From NCBI GenBank assembly GCA_030684475.1, contig JAUXWB010000245.1, forward strand, positions 826-64,825: a stretch of 64,000 bases of DNA, written 5' to 3'. This document shows, one piece after another, positions 21,401 through 32,184 of this stretch. Under the pieces are notes generated by a model. The model searched no databases. It was not told the origin of the DNA and saw only the letters and a program-made list of their open reading frames with translations. The DNA is from Reyranella sp. (GTDB lineage Bacteria; Pseudomonadota; Alphaproteobacteria; Reyranellales; Reyranellaceae). Positions within the stretch are counted from its first letter, which is position 1. Every line of letters starts with the position of its first letter. Position numbers and translations under genes: made by a program.

Positions 21401-22630
21401 TCAGCCGCGGGAGGGATGGCGCAGCCGGAATCCCGCGATCACCACCAGGGCAAGGAGAACCAGGGCCAGTGCCACGTAGTTGAGAACGGCCCAGCCCTGG
21501 AGTTCCAAGACCACGCTGGCCATCAGGCTGGCCACCGTGGTGACCCCGAACACCATGAAGTCATTGAAAGCCTGGGCCTTGCCCCGCTCGGCGGGCCGGT
21601 AGGTCGTGGTGAGCAGCGTCGTGGCGCCGACGAACATGAAATTCCAGCCCACGCCATTCAAGGCCAAGGCGCCCCGGAAGTGCCATTCGGTGACCCCCAT
21701 CAGGGCGACCGCAACGCCGCCGACCAGGATCGTGATACCGGTGATCATCACGTTGAAGACGCCGAAGCGGGCAATCAGGTGCCCGGTGAAGAACGATGGC
21801 AAGAACATGCCCATGACGTGCACGAAGATCGTGATCGGTGCCTCAGTCCTGCTGAGGCCGCACTGCACGATGGCGAGTGGAGAGGCTGCCATGACGAAGG
21901 ACATCACCCCGAAGGCGATCATCGCGCCGGCACAGGCCACCATGTAGGTCGGCTGGGTGACGATCTCGAACAGAGGCCGCTGTGGGCCGGCATTGTCCTC
22001 GGTCTTCACGGCGGGAAACTCGATGAAGCCCAGAATGACGAAGACGATGGCATGGACGACGATGACGGCCACGAAGCTCGCCTGGAAGAGCGGCATCCAG
22101 AGATCCGGCGTGAAGCGCGCCAGGATCGGCCCGATGAATCCGGCGAGCACGCCGCCGGCAGTCACATAAGAGATCGCCTGGGCACGAAACGCACCGGGCG
22201 CCAGTTCGACGGCGGCGAAACGATAGAGCTGCATGTTGGCGACGGCGTTGCCGAGAAATATGCCGCCCAGGCACATCACGGGGAAGCTGCCGAGGCCGAG
22301 GCCAAGGGCGGCGAGCGACGCCCCGATCATGCCCATGGTCGAACCCGTACGAAAGCCGAACCTGCGACCCCGGCGCATCATCAGCATCGAGGCGGGAAAC
22401 ACCGTCAACATGACGCCGAGGTGCTGCATGGTGATGGGCAGGTTTGCCCACATATTCATGTCCGGCGATACGATGGTGAGCACCGCCAGCGCCGACGAGG
22501 CGAACATCAGTGTATTGCTGCCCTGGGTCAGGGCCTGGCACATCGCCAGCAGCGCGATGTTGCGCAGCGACCGCCGCGGCATGCGCGTCGGCGCCGCAGG
22601 CGTTTCCTGTGTCTTGGCCGAACCGTCCAT
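21401..22630 (-). CDS. MFS transporter
   Basis: Multiple TM segments, YRFAAVE, GVGWNFMFVGAT. Confidence 0.87.
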   Translation of the reverse strand: MDGSAKTQETPAAPTRMPRRSLRNIALLAMCQALTQGSNTLMFASSALAVLTIVSPDMNMWANLPITMQHLGVMLTVFPASMLMMRRGRRFGFRTGSTMGMIGASLAALGLGLGSFPVMCLGGIFLGNAVANMQLYRFAAVELAPGAFRAQAISYVTAGGVLAGFIGPILARFTPDLWMPLFQASFVAVIVVHAIVFVILGFIEFPAVKTEDNAGPQRPLFEIVTQPTYMVACAGAMIAFGVMSFVMAASPLAIVQCGLSRTEAPITIFVHVMGMFLPSFFTGHLIARFGVFNVMITGITILVGGVAVALMGVTEWHFRGALALNGVGWNFMFVGATTLLTTTYRPAERGKAQAFNDFMVFGVTTVASLMASVVLELQGWAVLNYVALALVLLALVVIAGFRLRHPSRG

Positions 22631-22735
22631 TGGGCGCGCACTCTAGAGTCCCGCGTTCCCGGCGTCCCAAGTAAATAGCCGGGAGCGCCGCGCGCCGGAT
22701 GCAGTCCAGCTATGAAATGCGCGGCTGAAGCCGGG

Positions 22736-23722
22736 TCAGAAGTGAACGTAGCCGGCGCGCGGCACCTTCGTGCGCTTGCCGTCAACCGTCAGCCGCACAC
22801 CGCCACCCCGCGCGAAACGGCCGACCGGCGTTACCGGCACGCCTGCACGGCGCGCTGCCGCCAGCAGCGCCGCTCGCTTGCGCGGCGGCACCGCGATCAC
22901 GAGTTCATAGTCGTCGCCGCCGCCCAGCACATTTGCCCATAGCGCCGGGTCGAGAGCCAGCGCGCGCCGAGTGGCGCCCGACAGCGGCACCTGCTCGCGC
23001 GCAACATGTGCCTCGAGCCTCGACGCGGCGGCGATATGGCCGGCATCGGCCAGCAAGCCGTCGGAAACATCAGCGGCAGCAGTTGCAATGCCGATCAGGA
23101 GGCCGCCCAGCGCGGTGCGCGGCCGCGGTAGGCGGTAGCGGTCCTCCAGCACCTTGTGCTCGCGCGCACCCAGTCCCTTCAATCGGCCACGCGCCACCAG
23201 CAAACCGAGCGCTCCATCGCCGATCGTGCCGCTCACCCAAAGTTCGTCGCCGGCCCGGGCGCCACTGCGCCCCAGCCCCTTGCCGCGCGGCACCCTGCCG
23301 AATGCGGTGATGGTGACCGTGAGCGGCCCGGGAGTCACAACGGTGTCGCCACCGCAAAGGACGATGCCGTACCGGCGCTGGTCGGCCGCCAGCCCGCGCA
23401 CAAAGCGTGCAACCCAGCGTTCCTGCCAGCCTTTGGGAAGCGCAAGCGACAGTTGATACGCGAGCGGCACCGCGCCGCCCGCCGCCAGATCTGACAGACA
23501 TATGCGTAGGGCCTTCGCCGCAACGCGTTCGGGCGTTTCATCTGCCAGGAAATGAACGCCGGCCACAATCGTGTCGGTCTTCACCGCGGTGTCGTGCCGT
23601 GCAGTGGCCGGCAGGAAGGCATTGTCGCTCTCGAGGCCGCCGGCGCCGCGGAAGGTCCGGGCGAGCGGCGCGAAATAGCGGGCAATCAGTTCGAACTCAC
23701 CGATCTGCCGGCGCGATGCCAT
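22736..23722 (-). CDS. thiL: Thiamine-monophosphate kinase
   Basis: GEFELIARYF, LSDLAAGGA, GGDT, DVSDGL, GGDDYEL. Confidence 0.95.
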   Translation of the reverse strand: MASRRQIGEFELIARYFAPLARTFRGAGGLESDNAFLPATARHDTAVKTDTIVAGVHFLADETPERVAAKALRICLSDLAAGGAVPLAYQLSLALPKGWQERWVARFVRGLAADQRRYGIVLCGGDTVVTPGPLTVTITAFGRVPRGKGLGRSGARAGDELWVSGTIGDGALGLLVARGRLKGLGAREHKVLEDRYRLPRPRTALGGLLIGIATAAADVSDGLLADAGHIAAASRLEAHVAREQVPLSGATRRALALDPALWANVLGGGDDYELVIAVPPRKRAALLAAARRAGVPVTPVGRFARGGGVRLTVDGKRTKVPRAGYVHF

Positions 23723-23729
23723 CGTGCTA

Positions 23730-24197
23730 TCACTTCACGAGTTCGGCCGGTCGCACCTGCCGCGCGACGCGGTCGAGCACGGAATTGATGAAGTTGGGCT
23801 CGCCCTGATCGTAGAAGGCGTGTGCGATCTCGACATATTCGTTGATCGCCACCCGCGGCGGCACGTCGCGTCGATGGACGAGTTCGTAGGCACCGGCCAG
23901 CAGGATCGCCCGCACCAGGCGATCGATGCGCGTCCAGGTCCAATCCTCGGCCAACGCCGCGGAGACGATCTGCTCGAGGGCGTCCTTGTGCTGGGCGGCG
24001 CCTTCGACCACGTCCTTGAACAGCGGCCGATCCGCGTCGCGACGCATGCCACCTTCGCCCGCCTCACCGGTGCGCACGCCGAGAAACTGCTCGATGATTT
24101 CGGCCGGCCCGTGCTGGCCTTCCTGCCACTGGTACAGCGCCTGCACTGCGGCCAGGCGCGCGGCCTGCCGGCGACTTGGCGAGGGGCGTTCGTTCAT
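23730..24197 (-). CDS. nusB: Transcription antitermination factor NusB
   Basis: ARLAAVQALYQ, AINEYVEIA, FINSVLD. Confidence 0.95.
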   Translation of the reverse strand: MNERPSPSRRQAARLAAVQALYQWQEGQHGPAEIIEQFLGVRTGEAGEGGMRRDADRPLFKDVVEGAAQHKDALEQIVSAALAEDWTWTRIDRLVRAILLAGAYELVHRRDVPPRVAINEYVEIAHAFYDQGEPNFINSVLDRVARQVRPAELVK

Positions 24198-24670
24198 GTC
24201 TTCCGCCAGCGGCGGCAGAGCGCCACCATGGCAAGACAGGCATGGGCGGCATCGCCGCCCTTGTCGCCGCGGTCGATGGCGGCCCGCGCCCAGGCCTGAT
24301 CAGCATTGTCGACTGTGACGATGCCGTAGCCGATCGCCAGCTTGTCGCGCACGGCGAGGTCCATCAGACCGCGCGCGCTCTCGCCGCAAACGTAGTCGTA
24401 GTGCGTGGTCTCGCCGCGGATGACACAACCCAGGGCCACGAAGCCGTCATAACGGCCTGCCGCCAGCGCGATGGCACCGGGAATTTCGAACGCCCCCGGC
24501 ACCACGACGCGCTCCGAGGTGGCGCCGTTCTTCGTGATCTCGCGCTCGGCACCGGCAATCAGTGCATCGGCAATGTCGGTGTAATAGCGCGACTCGACGA
24601 TCAGGATGCGCGCGCCGCCGACACCGTCGACCGCCGGCCGGGTCGTCGGGGTTTCCGTCCGAGTCGACAT
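24194..24670 (-). CDS. ribH: 6,7-dimethyl-8-ribityllumazine synthase
   Basis: VPGAFEIP, LGCVIRGETTHYDYV. Confidence 0.96.
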   Translation of the reverse strand: MSTRTETPTTRPAVDGVGGARILIVESRYYTDIADALIAGAEREITKNGATSERVVVPGAFEIPGAIALAAGRYDGFVALGCVIRGETTHYDYVCGESARGLMDLAVRDKLAIGYGIVTVDNADQAWARAAIDRGDKGGDAAHACLAMVALCRRWRKT

Positions 24671-24672
24671 GC

Positions 24673-25824
24673 TCAGCGCGCCGTGTTGCCGGGAACGGGT
24701 TTCTGGCCGGTGATCTTGAGGCCGAAGCCTTCGAGGCCGACCACACTCTTCTTGCTGTTGGTCAGCAGCACCATTTCCTTGACGCCGAGGTCGATCAGGA
24801 TCTGGGCGCCGACGCCGTAGTCGCGCAGTTCCTGGCCAGCCGGCGGAATCGGCTCGCCGGCGCGGCGGCGCTGCTCAGCCAGCACGACGGTGAGCGGCTC
24901 GCGGATCAGCACGATGACGCCGCGGCCTTCTTTGGAGATCTCGCGCATCGAGGCCTCGATCTCGCCGCCGCGGCCACCGCTGCGCTGACCGAGCGTATCG
25001 GTGAAGAGGTTGACGGCATGCATGCGCACCATGATCGGACCGCCGGTCGCGGGATCGCCCTTCACCAGCGCCACGTGCTGCGCCATCGTCACCTTGTTCA
25101 CATACACCACACAACGGAAGTCGCCGCCGTAGGTGCTGTCGAGCGCGGTCTCGCTGATGCGCTTCACGATCGAATCGTAGCGGCGGCGATAGGCGATCAG
25201 GTCGGCGATGGTGCCGATCTTGAGGCCATGGCGTTGTGCGAAGGTGATGAGATCGTTGCGGCGCGCCATCGTGCCGTCGTCGTTCATGATCTCGCAGATC
25301 ACGCCAGCCGGGGTGAGGCCCGCCAGCCGCGCGAGATCGACGGCCGATTCGGTATGGCCGGTACGCTCCAGCACGCCGCCGTCGCGTGCCACCAGCGGAA
25401 ACACGTGGCCCGGCGTCACCAGGTCCTGCGGCCCGCATGACGGGTCGATCGCCACAGCCACGGTGCGCGCCCGGTCGGCGGCCGAAATGCCCGTGGTCAC
25501 GCCCTCGCGCGCTTCTATTGAAACGGTGAAGGCGGTCTGGTGCCGCGTGCCGTTGTTCTGCGCCATCAGCGGCAGTCCGAGCTGCTCGACCCGCTCGCGG
25601 GTCAGCGCCAGGCAAATCAGGCCGCGGGCATGCTTGGCCATGAAATTGATGGCCTCGGGCGTCGCCCACTGTGCCGGGATCACGAGATCGCCCTCGTTCT
25701 CGCGGTCCTCGTCGTCGACCAGGATGAACATCCGGCCCTTGCGGGCTTCCTCGATGATGTCCTCGGCCGCGGCCTTCACTTCGCCGAAGGTAATCCGCCA
25801 AGCGTCCTTTTCGAGCGCACTCAT
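24673..25824 (-). CDS. ribB: DHBP synthase fused to a degenerate GTP cyclohydrolase II-like domain (RibBX)
   Basis: DDEDRENEGD, GISAADR, GHTES. The C-terminal domain lacks the Zn-binding cysteines. Confidence 0.9.
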   Translation of the reverse strand: MSALEKDAWRITFGEVKAAAEDIIEEARKGRMFILVDDEDRENEGDLVIPAQWATPEAINFMAKHARGLICLALTRERVEQLGLPLMAQNNGTRHQTAFTVSIEAREGVTTGISAADRARTVAVAIDPSCGPQDLVTPGHVFPLVARDGGVLERTGHTESAVDLARLAGLTPAGVICEIMNDDGTMARRNDLITFAQRHGLKIGTIADLIAYRRRYDSIVKRISETALDSTYGGDFRCVVYVNKVTMAQHVALVKGDPATGGPIMVRMHAVNLFTDTLGQRSGGRGGEIEASMREISKEGRGVIVLIREPLTVVLAEQRRRAGEPIPPAGQELRDYGVGAQILIDLGVKEMVLLTNSKKSVVGLEGFGLKITGQKPVPGNTAR

Positions 25825-26423
25825 AATTTTCCATGCTCCAGCAATCGCGCAACGTAACGCGCGAGCATATCGACCTCAAGGTTGACCCTCTGGCCGGTTT
25901 TGGCCTGCCCCAGGGTGGTAACGGCTTGGGTGTGGGAAATCACGTTGACGCCGAAGCGGTTGCCGGCGACTTCGTTGACCGTGAGGGAAATGCCGTCGAT
26001 GGCGATCGAGCCCTTGGCAGCGACGAAACAGGCAAGCTCGCCCGGCACCTCGAACACGAACCGCACGCTGCCGCCCTCGGGCGTCATGGAAACCACGGTA
26101 CCGACACCGTCGACATGGCCATAGACCAGATGACCACCCAACTCATCGCCGACCTTCAGCGACAGTTCAAGGTTGATCCGGCTGCCAGCACTCCAGTCGC
26201 CGAGGTGGGTCTTGGCGAGGCTCTCGCCGGAAACCTCGACGGCGAACCAGTCGGTCCCCTTCTCGACCACCGTAAGGCAGCACCCGGAACAGGCAATGGA
26301 TGCGCCGATGGCGACCGACTTCATGTCGTGCTTCGTACGCACCACAAAGCGGCGGTCCCCCGCCTTGCCACCGGGCGTTGCCGCGGCGATCTCGCCGATA
26401 TCCGTGACGATGCCAGTGAACAT
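25821..26423 (-). CDS. ribE: Riboflavin synthase (alpha chain)
   Basis: MFTGIV N-terminus, GCCLTV, GGHLVYGHVD, VNLEVD. Confidence 0.95.
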   Translation of the reverse strand: MFTGIVTDIGEIAAATPGGKAGDRRFVVRTKHDMKSVAIGASIACSGCCLTVVEKGTDWFAVEVSGESLAKTHLGDWSAGSRINLELSLKVGDELGGHLVYGHVDGVGTVVSMTPEGGSVRFVFEVPGELACFVAAKGSIAIDGISLTVNEVAGNRFGVNVISHTQAVTTLGQAKTGQRVNLEVDMLARYVARLLEHGKL

Positions 26424-26431
26424 GGTTCTAC

Positions 26432-27517
26432 TTAGGTCCGCCTGTACCATGTTTCCAGTGTGTCGGCGCCCACGATCCGGCTCGAAACCAGCCTGAACCG
26501 GGGCGCGAAATCGAGCCGGCCGAGCGCCAAAGGACCGACCGCAGAGCGGCTGTCCTCACCCAGGACGACCCCCGCCCTGTAGCTGCTGATCCGGTCGACG
26601 AGCCCCGCTCTCAAAAAGGCCGCCGCGATCTGGCCGCCGCCTTCGATCAGCACGCTCGAGTACCCCATTTCGCCCAGCGTCCTCGCAGCGGCGACGATAT
26701 CGACCTGTCCTTCGCCGCGCGCCGTTGCCTCGATGACGTTGATGCCCTTTTCCTGCAGCAACGCGACTCGAGTGGACGGGGCACCGGCGTGAAAGAGGAG
26801 CACCGGTGTCGCGCGCGCTGTCGCAGCGAGCTTCGACGTGGCCGACATCCGGGCCGTCGAATCGAGCACGATGCGGTCCGGCGAATAGGCGCCAAGCCCC
26901 GGCAGTCGGCAGGTGAGCTCGGGATCGTCGGCCGCGACGGTGCCGGCGCCGACTAGGATAGCGTCATGGATGCTGCGCAGCCGATGACCGTCGGCGCGCG
27001 CCGCTTCGCTGGTTATCCACCTGCTCTCGCCCGATGCCGTCGCGATGCGCCCGTCGAGCGAACTCGCCAGTTTGAGATGAATGAGCGGCCGACCTTCCCT
27101 CACCCGAAGGAAAAAGCCGGCGTTGATCTCGGCCGCCGCCGCGGCACCTTCGCCGACCTCGACTGCAATCCCTGCCGCCGCCAGTCGTGCATGCCCCTGC
27201 CCTTTCACGCGCGGGTCGGGATCTTCGATGGCCGAGATCACACGGCCGACACCGGCCGCAATCAGCGCGTCAGCGCAGGGTGGCGTTCGGCCATGATGCG
27301 CGCACGGCTCCAGCGTCACGTAGACGGTGGCGTCCTTCAGAGGTTCGCGTGCGTTGGCGATGGCGTAGGCCTCGGCATGTGGCCGACCACCGTCCTGTGT
27401 GCGGCCGCGCGCGATCACGCGCCCGTCACGCACGATCACGCAGCCGACGGCCGGATTGGGCCAAGTGCGCCCGAGTGAACGGCGCGCCAGCGTGAGCGCT
27501 GCGCGCATCACCGGCAT
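26432..27517 (-). CDS. ribD: Bifunctional riboflavin deaminase/reductase RibD
   Basis: PNPAVGC, HAE, TLEPCAHHGRTPPC, KLASSLDG, IEGGG. Confidence 0.95.
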   Translation of the reverse strand: MPVMRAALTLARRSLGRTWPNPAVGCVIVRDGRVIARGRTQDGGRPHAEAYAIANAREPLKDATVYVTLEPCAHHGRTPPCADALIAAGVGRVISAIEDPDPRVKGQGHARLAAAGIAVEVGEGAAAAAEINAGFFLRVREGRPLIHLKLASSLDGRIATASGESRWITSEAARADGHRLRSIHDAILVGAGTVAADDPELTCRLPGLGAYSPDRIVLDSTARMSATSKLAATARATPVLLFHAGAPSTRVALLQEKGINVIEATARGEGQVDIVAAARTLGEMGYSSVLIEGGGQIAAAFLRAGLVDRISSYRAGVVLGEDSRSAVGPLALGRLDFAPRFRLVSSRIVGADTLETWYRRT

Positions 27518-27984
27518 CAGTCCTTGAGGTTGGCGGTCTCGGCGAGGTCGGAGATGAACTCCTCGAAGTCCCGGGCTTCGCGGAAATTGCGATAGACCGA
27601 GGCGAAGCGCACATAGGCCACCGGGTCGAGCGCGCGCAGCGCGTCCATTACCAACTCGCCGATCTGCGTCGAGGGAATCTCGCTCTCGCCGGAGCTTTCG
27701 AGGCGTCGCACGATGCCGTTGACGACGCGCTCGACCCGCTCGGGATCGACCGGCCGCTTGCGGCAGGCCACCGAGATCGAGCGGGCGAGCTTGTCGCGGT
27801 CGAACTGCACGCGCTGGCCGTTCTTCTTCACGACCGTCAGTTCGCGCAGTTGCACGCGCTCGAAGGTGGTGAAGCGCGAACCGCACGACGGGCAGTAGCG
27901 CCGCCGGCGGATCGCAGAATTGTCGTCGGTCGGCCTCGAGTCCTTAACCTGAGTATCCTCGTGACCGCAGAATGGACAGCGCAT
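27517..27984 (-). CDS. nrdR: Transcriptional repressor NrdR
   Basis: [30 protein letters not shown]. Confidence 0.97.
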   Translation of the reverse strand: MRCPFCGHEDTQVKDSRPTDDNSAIRRRRYCPSCGSRFTTFERVQLRELTVVKKNGQRVQFDRDKLARSISVACRKRPVDPERVERVVNGIVRRLESSGESEIPSTQIGELVMDALRALDPVAYVRFASVYRNFREARDFEEFISDLAETANLKD

Positions 27985-28019
27985 CTGGTCCCCCCGTTTT
28001 TCTCTGGCTTGGCGCGTTG

Positions 28020-29327
28020 TCAGTCGCGGTAGATGGGAAAGCGGGCACAGAGCGCATGCACCTTGGCTCGTACCTCTTGTTCGACCAGGGCGTCGCCGTC
28101 CGGGCCATTCTTGGCAATGCCGTCGAGCACGTCGGCGATCAGGTGGCCGATCTGGCGAAACTCACCGACGCCGAAGCCGCGCGTCGTGCCGGCCGGCGAG
28201 CCCAGCCGCACGCCGGACGTGACCGTATACTTCTCGGGATCGCCCGGAATGCTGTTCTTGTTGACCGTAATGCCGGCGCGGTCGAGGATCTTCTCGGCCG
28301 ACACGCCGGTCGCCTTCTTCGGACGCAGGTCGACCAGCATGACGTGGCTGTCTGTGCCGCCGGAGACGATCTTGAGGCCGCGCTCGGTCAGCACTGCCGC
28401 CAGCGCACGGGCATTGTCGATCACGTTCTGGGCATAGACCTTAAAGTCGGGTCGCAGCGCTTCGCCGAATGCCACCGCCTTGCCGGCGATGATGTGCATC
28501 AACGGGCCGCCCTGCAGGCCGGGGAACACCGCGGAGTTGATCTTCTTGCCGATCTCGGCGTCGTTCGAGAGGATCATGCCGCCGCGCGGCCCGCGCAGCG
28601 TCTTATGCGTCGTCGTGGTCACGACATGGGCGTGCGGCAGCGGGCTGGGATAGACACCGGCCGCGACGAGGCCGGCATAATGCGCCATGTCGACCATGAA
28701 GAAGGCACCGATCTCGTCAGCCACCTTGCGGAAGCGCGCCCAGTCGATGTGGCGCGAATAGGCCGAGGCGCCAGCCACGATCAACTTCGGCTTCTCGCTT
28801 CGCGCGATCTCTTCCATCTGCTTGTAGTCGATCAGGTGGGTGTCGGGCTTCACGCCGTAGGACACGACCTTGAACCACTTGCCCGACTGGTTGGCCGGCG
28901 AGCCGTGCGTGAGATGGCCGCCCTGGTCGAGCGCCATGCCCATGAAGGTGTCGCCGGGCTTAAGCAGCGCCATGAACACCGCCTGGTTCGCCTGCGCGCC
29001 GGAATGCGGCTGGACGTTGGCGAAGGAACAGTTGAACAGCCGGCAGGCGCGCTCGATGGCGAGCCGCTCGGCCTTGTCGACCTCCTCGCAACCGCCGTAG
29101 TAGCGCCGACCGGGATAGCCCTCGGCATATTTGTTGGTGAGCACCGAGCCCGCCGCCTCGAGCACTGCGCGGGAGACGATGTTCTCCGAGGCAATCAGTT
29201 CGATCTGCTCACGCTGGCGGGCGAGTTCGCCCTTCACCGTCTCGTAGACTGCCGGATCAGCCTCGGCGAGGCTCTTGGTGAACATCGGCAGCGGCGAGTC
29301 GGACATCTTGGCAGCAGCTTGGCTCAT
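28020..29327 (-). CDS. glyA: Serine hydroxymethyltransferase
   Basis: [31 protein letters not shown]. Confidence 0.97.
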   Translation of the reverse strand: MSQAAAKMSDSPLPMFTKSLAEADPAVYETVKGELARQREQIELIASENIVSRAVLEAAGSVLTNKYAEGYPGRRYYGGCEEVDKAERLAIERACRLFNCSFANVQPHSGAQANQAVFMALLKPGDTFMGMALDQGGHLTHGSPANQSGKWFKVVSYGVKPDTHLIDYKQMEEIARSEKPKLIVAGASAYSRHIDWARFRKVADEIGAFFMVDMAHYAGLVAAGVYPSPLPHAHVVTTTTHKTLRGPRGGMILSNDAEIGKKINSAVFPGLQGGPLMHIIAGKAVAFGEALRPDFKVYAQNVIDNARALAAVLTERGLKIVSGGTDSHVMLVDLRPKKATGVSAEKILDRAGITVNKNSIPGDPEKYTVTSGVRLGSPAGTTRGFGVGEFRQIGHLIADVLDGIAKNGPDGDALVEQEVRAKVHALCARFPIYRD

Positions 29328-29339
29328 GTCGTTCGGTTC

Positions 29340-29774
29340 CTACGAAAGCTTGGCGACGCGACCGACATGGCGGCCGCCTTCGAACTTGGTGGCGAGAAAG
29401 ACCTTCAGCGCCTCGCGGGCGGCCTCCGTTCCAATCAGGCGGGCACCGAACGCGATCACGTTGGCGTCGTTGTGTTCGCGCGACAGCCTGGCCGAAGTGA
29501 CGTCGTGCACGACGGCGGCCCGCACTTTGGGATTGCGGTTGGCGGCGATCGAAATGCCGATGCCGGTGCCGCAAACCAGGACGCCGCACCCGGCTTTACC
29601 CGAGCCGATGACCTCGGCCATGGCCTTGCCGAAGTCGGGGTAGTCGACCGATTCGCTGGAATTCGTGCCGAGGTCGAGCACGTCGTGACCAGCTTGCTGC
29701 AGGTCACGCTTGAGCAATTCCTTCAGGTCGAAGCCGGCATGATCCGACGCGACCGCGATGCTGGCCCCCGCCAT
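29340..29774 (-). CDS. rpiB: Ribose-5-phosphate isomerase B
   Basis: SDHAG, VDYPD, CGTGIG, HNDAN, FEGGRH. Confidence 0.96.
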   Translation of the reverse strand: MAGASIAVASDHAGFDLKELLKRDLQQAGHDVLDLGTNSSESVDYPDFGKAMAEVIGSGKAGCGVLVCGTGIGISIAANRNPKVRAAVVHDVTSARLSREHNDANVIAFGARLIGTEAAREALKVFLATKFEGGRHVGRVAKLS

Positions 29775-29888
29775 CTCGACGATCGATCCCCTCTAGCAGT
29801 TGAGATCCCGGATACCATATCCGGGGTGGCCGCGCTACCAGGCCCCAAAATCGTGGAAAGTGAGCCACAAGACCCTGAATCGTAATGA

Positions 29889-29916
29889 GAAAGGCCCGGC
29901 TCTCGCCGGGCCTTTC
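29889..29916 (-). terminator. Probable terminator hairpin downstream of livK
   Basis: GAAAGGCCCGGC-TCTC-GCCGGGCCTTTC. Confidence 0.7.
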
Positions 29917-29932
29917 CTGAAATGCTTGACGC

Positions 29933-31045
29933 TTACTTGACCGTCGGGAACGACTTGCCGTCCTTCCAGACGTAGATGTCGTAGACCGGGTTCTTGATGT
30001 CGCCCTTGGCGTCGAACTCGAGCACGCCGACGGCGCTGTCGTACTTGCCCGAGCGCAAGGCTGCGGCAACCGCCACCGAATCCGTCGACTTTGCCTTGTT
30101 GGCGGCGTCTGCCCATGCCTTGACGGCGGCATAGCTGAACAGCGTGTAGCCTTCCGGGTTGTACTTGGCATCGCGGAACTTCTTCACAAGCGCCGCGTTC
30201 TTCGGGTCGTCCTCGGCCTTGGGCGGGAACGACATCAGCACGCCGTCGGTGGCCGCACCGCCCAACTGGGCGAACTCCGCCGTTTCGAGCGAGTCGAAGC
30301 CCATCATCTGGGCTGCGAGGCCCTGCTCCCGTGCCTGCTTGATGATCAGCGCGCCCGCGGTGTGGTAGCCACCGAGCACGATGATATCGATCTTCGCCTG
30401 CTTCATCTTGTTGATCAGCGCGGTGAAGTCCTTGTCGGTATCGTTGTAGGCCTCGTACATGGTCTCGCGCAGGCCGCCCTTGTTCAGGGCCTTCTTGGTC
30501 TCGTCGGCCACGCCTTTGCCGTAGGGTGACTTGTCGTGAAGGATCGCGACCTTGGCGCCCTTGTGGAACTTGTTGATGTAGGCGCCGACCGTGGCCCCCT
30601 GCACGTCGTCGCGGCCGCAGGTGCGGAACACCGTGGTGTTGCCCTTGGCGGCCGCATCGTCGGTCAGCTTCGGATTGGTCGAAGCCGGCGAGATCTGCAG
30701 GATCTTGGCTTCCTTGTAGATGTCGGCCGCAGGGATCGACGAGCCGGAGCAGAAGTGACCCGCCACGGCGACGACCTTGTCCGACACCATCTTGTTGGCG
30801 ACCGCCGTCGCCTGCTTGGGATCGCAGGCATCGTCACCGATAATGAGCTGCAGCTTCTGCCCGTTCACGCCGCCGGCAGCGTTGATGTCCTCGACTGCCA
30901 TGGTGGCGCCGCGCTTCAGCTGCTCGCCGAACGCAGCATATTGTCCGGTCATCGGCCCGACCGAGCCGATCTTGATCTGTGCCAACGCCGGCGTCGCCAT
31001 CAGGGCAACCACCGCAACGGCAATCATACCGTAGGTTTTCTTCAT
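29933..31045 (-). CDS. livK: Branched-chain amino acid ABC transporter substrate-binding protein
   Basis: GPMTGQYA, DDACDPKQA, GHFCSGSSIPA. Confidence 0.9.
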   Translation of the reverse strand: MKKTYGMIAVAVVALMATPALAQIKIGSVGPMTGQYAAFGEQLKRGATMAVEDINAAGGVNGQKLQLIIGDDACDPKQATAVANKMVSDKVVAVAGHFCSGSSIPAADIYKEAKILQISPASTNPKLTDDAAAKGNTTVFRTCGRDDVQGATVGAYINKFHKGAKVAILHDKSPYGKGVADETKKALNKGGLRETMYEAYNDTDKDFTALINKMKQAKIDIIVLGGYHTAGALIIKQAREQGLAAQMMGFDSLETAEFAQLGGAATDGVLMSFPPKAEDDPKNAALVKKFRDAKYNPEGYTLFSYAAVKAWADAANKAKSTDSVAVAAALRSGKYDSAVGVLEFDAKGDIKNPVYDIYVWKDGKSFPTVK

Positions 31046-31096
31046 GAGATTCTCCCTGCTTTGGCCTCTCCACGGATGTGGAGCATTGTCGGTAGA

Positions 31097-31459
31097 TTAG
31101 TGCCGCTCTTCCCAGCCCAGCAAGCCTTTGCGCTGGTAGAGCCAAGGGTACTGCCGGACCATCTGGCGGGTCAGGGTCAGCCGGTAGGCGAACGCCCCGA
31201 TCGACATCTGGACGAGCCAGCCCAGCAAAAAGCCCGCCACCGACCACAATTCACCCTCTGCCAGCGCATAGTCGAGAAAACGCAGCGTCGCCGAAAGAAG
31301 TGCTGTGTAGAAAACCATCTGACCCCAATGGCGCCAGGTCGTGGCGACGGCGTGCCCGGCCGCGAACGACGCCGGCCCGATCACCACGAGATTGAACAGC
31401 AGCACGTTGAACAGCGTGTCGCCGAACCAGTCGAACATGAAGGTGTCGAGCGGGCTCAC
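31097..31459 (-). CDS. Small membrane protein within the liv operon (DUF6867-like)
   Basis: Three TM segments, C-terminal QMVRQYPWLY, overlaps the livF stop. Confidence 0.78.
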   Translation of the reverse strand: MSPLDTFMFDWFGDTLFNVLLFNLVVIGPASFAAGHAVATTWRHWGQMVFYTALLSATLRFLDYALAEGELWSVAGFLLGWLVQMSIGAFAYRLTLTRQMVRQYPWLYQRKGLLGWEERH

Positions 31460-32184
31460 CCGTGGCCGCCCTCGAGATAGGCGGCCCGGACCTCGGCGTT
31501 GGCCAGCAGTTCCCGGCCGCCGCCGCTCAGCCGGACCCGGCCGTTGGCCAGCACGTAGCCGCGATCGGCCAGGCGAAGCGCATGATAGGCGTTCTGCTCG
31601 ACCAGGAAGATCGTCACCCCCTCCTCCCGAGCAATCCGGCCGATTACCTCGAATATCTGCCGCACGATCAGGGGCGCCAGACCCAGCGACGGCTCGTCGA
31701 GCAGCAACAGTCGCGGCCGGCTCATGAGCGCCCGGCCGATCGCCAGCATCTGCTGTTCGCCGCCCGAGAGTGTGCCGCCCCGCTGGTCGCGCCGCTCCGC
31801 CAGCCGCGGGAACATCGTGAATACCCGCTCCAAGTCCTGCGGGAAATGCACTGGGTCGGCAAGCGTGGCGCCCATCTGGAGATTCTCGAACACGCTCATG
31901 CGCGAGAAGATCCGCCGGCCTTCCGGCACCTGCGCCACGCCGCGACGCACGATCTCGTGGGTCGGCAATGCCGTGATGTCCTCGCCATCGAGCCGGATCG
32001 CTCCGCTACGCGCCCGTGGATTGCCGCAGATCGTCATCAGCAAGGTCGACTTGCCGGCGCCGTTGGCGCCGATCAGCGCCACGATCTCGCCCCTGAAAAC
32101 GTCGAGGTCGACGCCGTGCAGGGCCTGGATGGCACCGTAGAAAGTCTCGACGCCCTTCACCGCGAGGATCGGCGGCTCAACCAT
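31456..32184 (-). CDS. livF: Branched-chain amino acid ABC ATPase LivF
   Basis: GANGAGKST, LSGGEQQM, LLDEPSLGLAP. Confidence 0.93.
   Translation of the reverse strand: MVEPPILAVKGVETFYGAIQALHGVDLDVFRGEIVALIGANGAGKSTLLMTICGNPRARSGAIRLDGEDITALPTHEIVRRGVAQVPEGRRIFSRMSVFENLQMGATLADPVHFPQDLERVFTMFPRLAERRDQRGGTLSGGEQQMLAIGRALMSRPRLLLLDEPSLGLAPLIVRQIFEVIGRIAREEGVTIFLVEQNAYHALRLADRGYVLANGRVRLSGGGRELLANAEVRAAYLEGGHG

Noticed and set aside
27985-28019. FMN riboswitch for the rib genes
   Set aside because: The intergenic gap is only about 35 bp and no RFN consensus is visible; the rib genes sit in the glyA-nrdR run.
27972-29885. Long antisense ORFs (637 aa here; also 19618-21258 and 43064-44812)
   Set aside because: These are typical stop-poor shadow frames opposite real genes in high-GC DNA and show no recognisable motifs.
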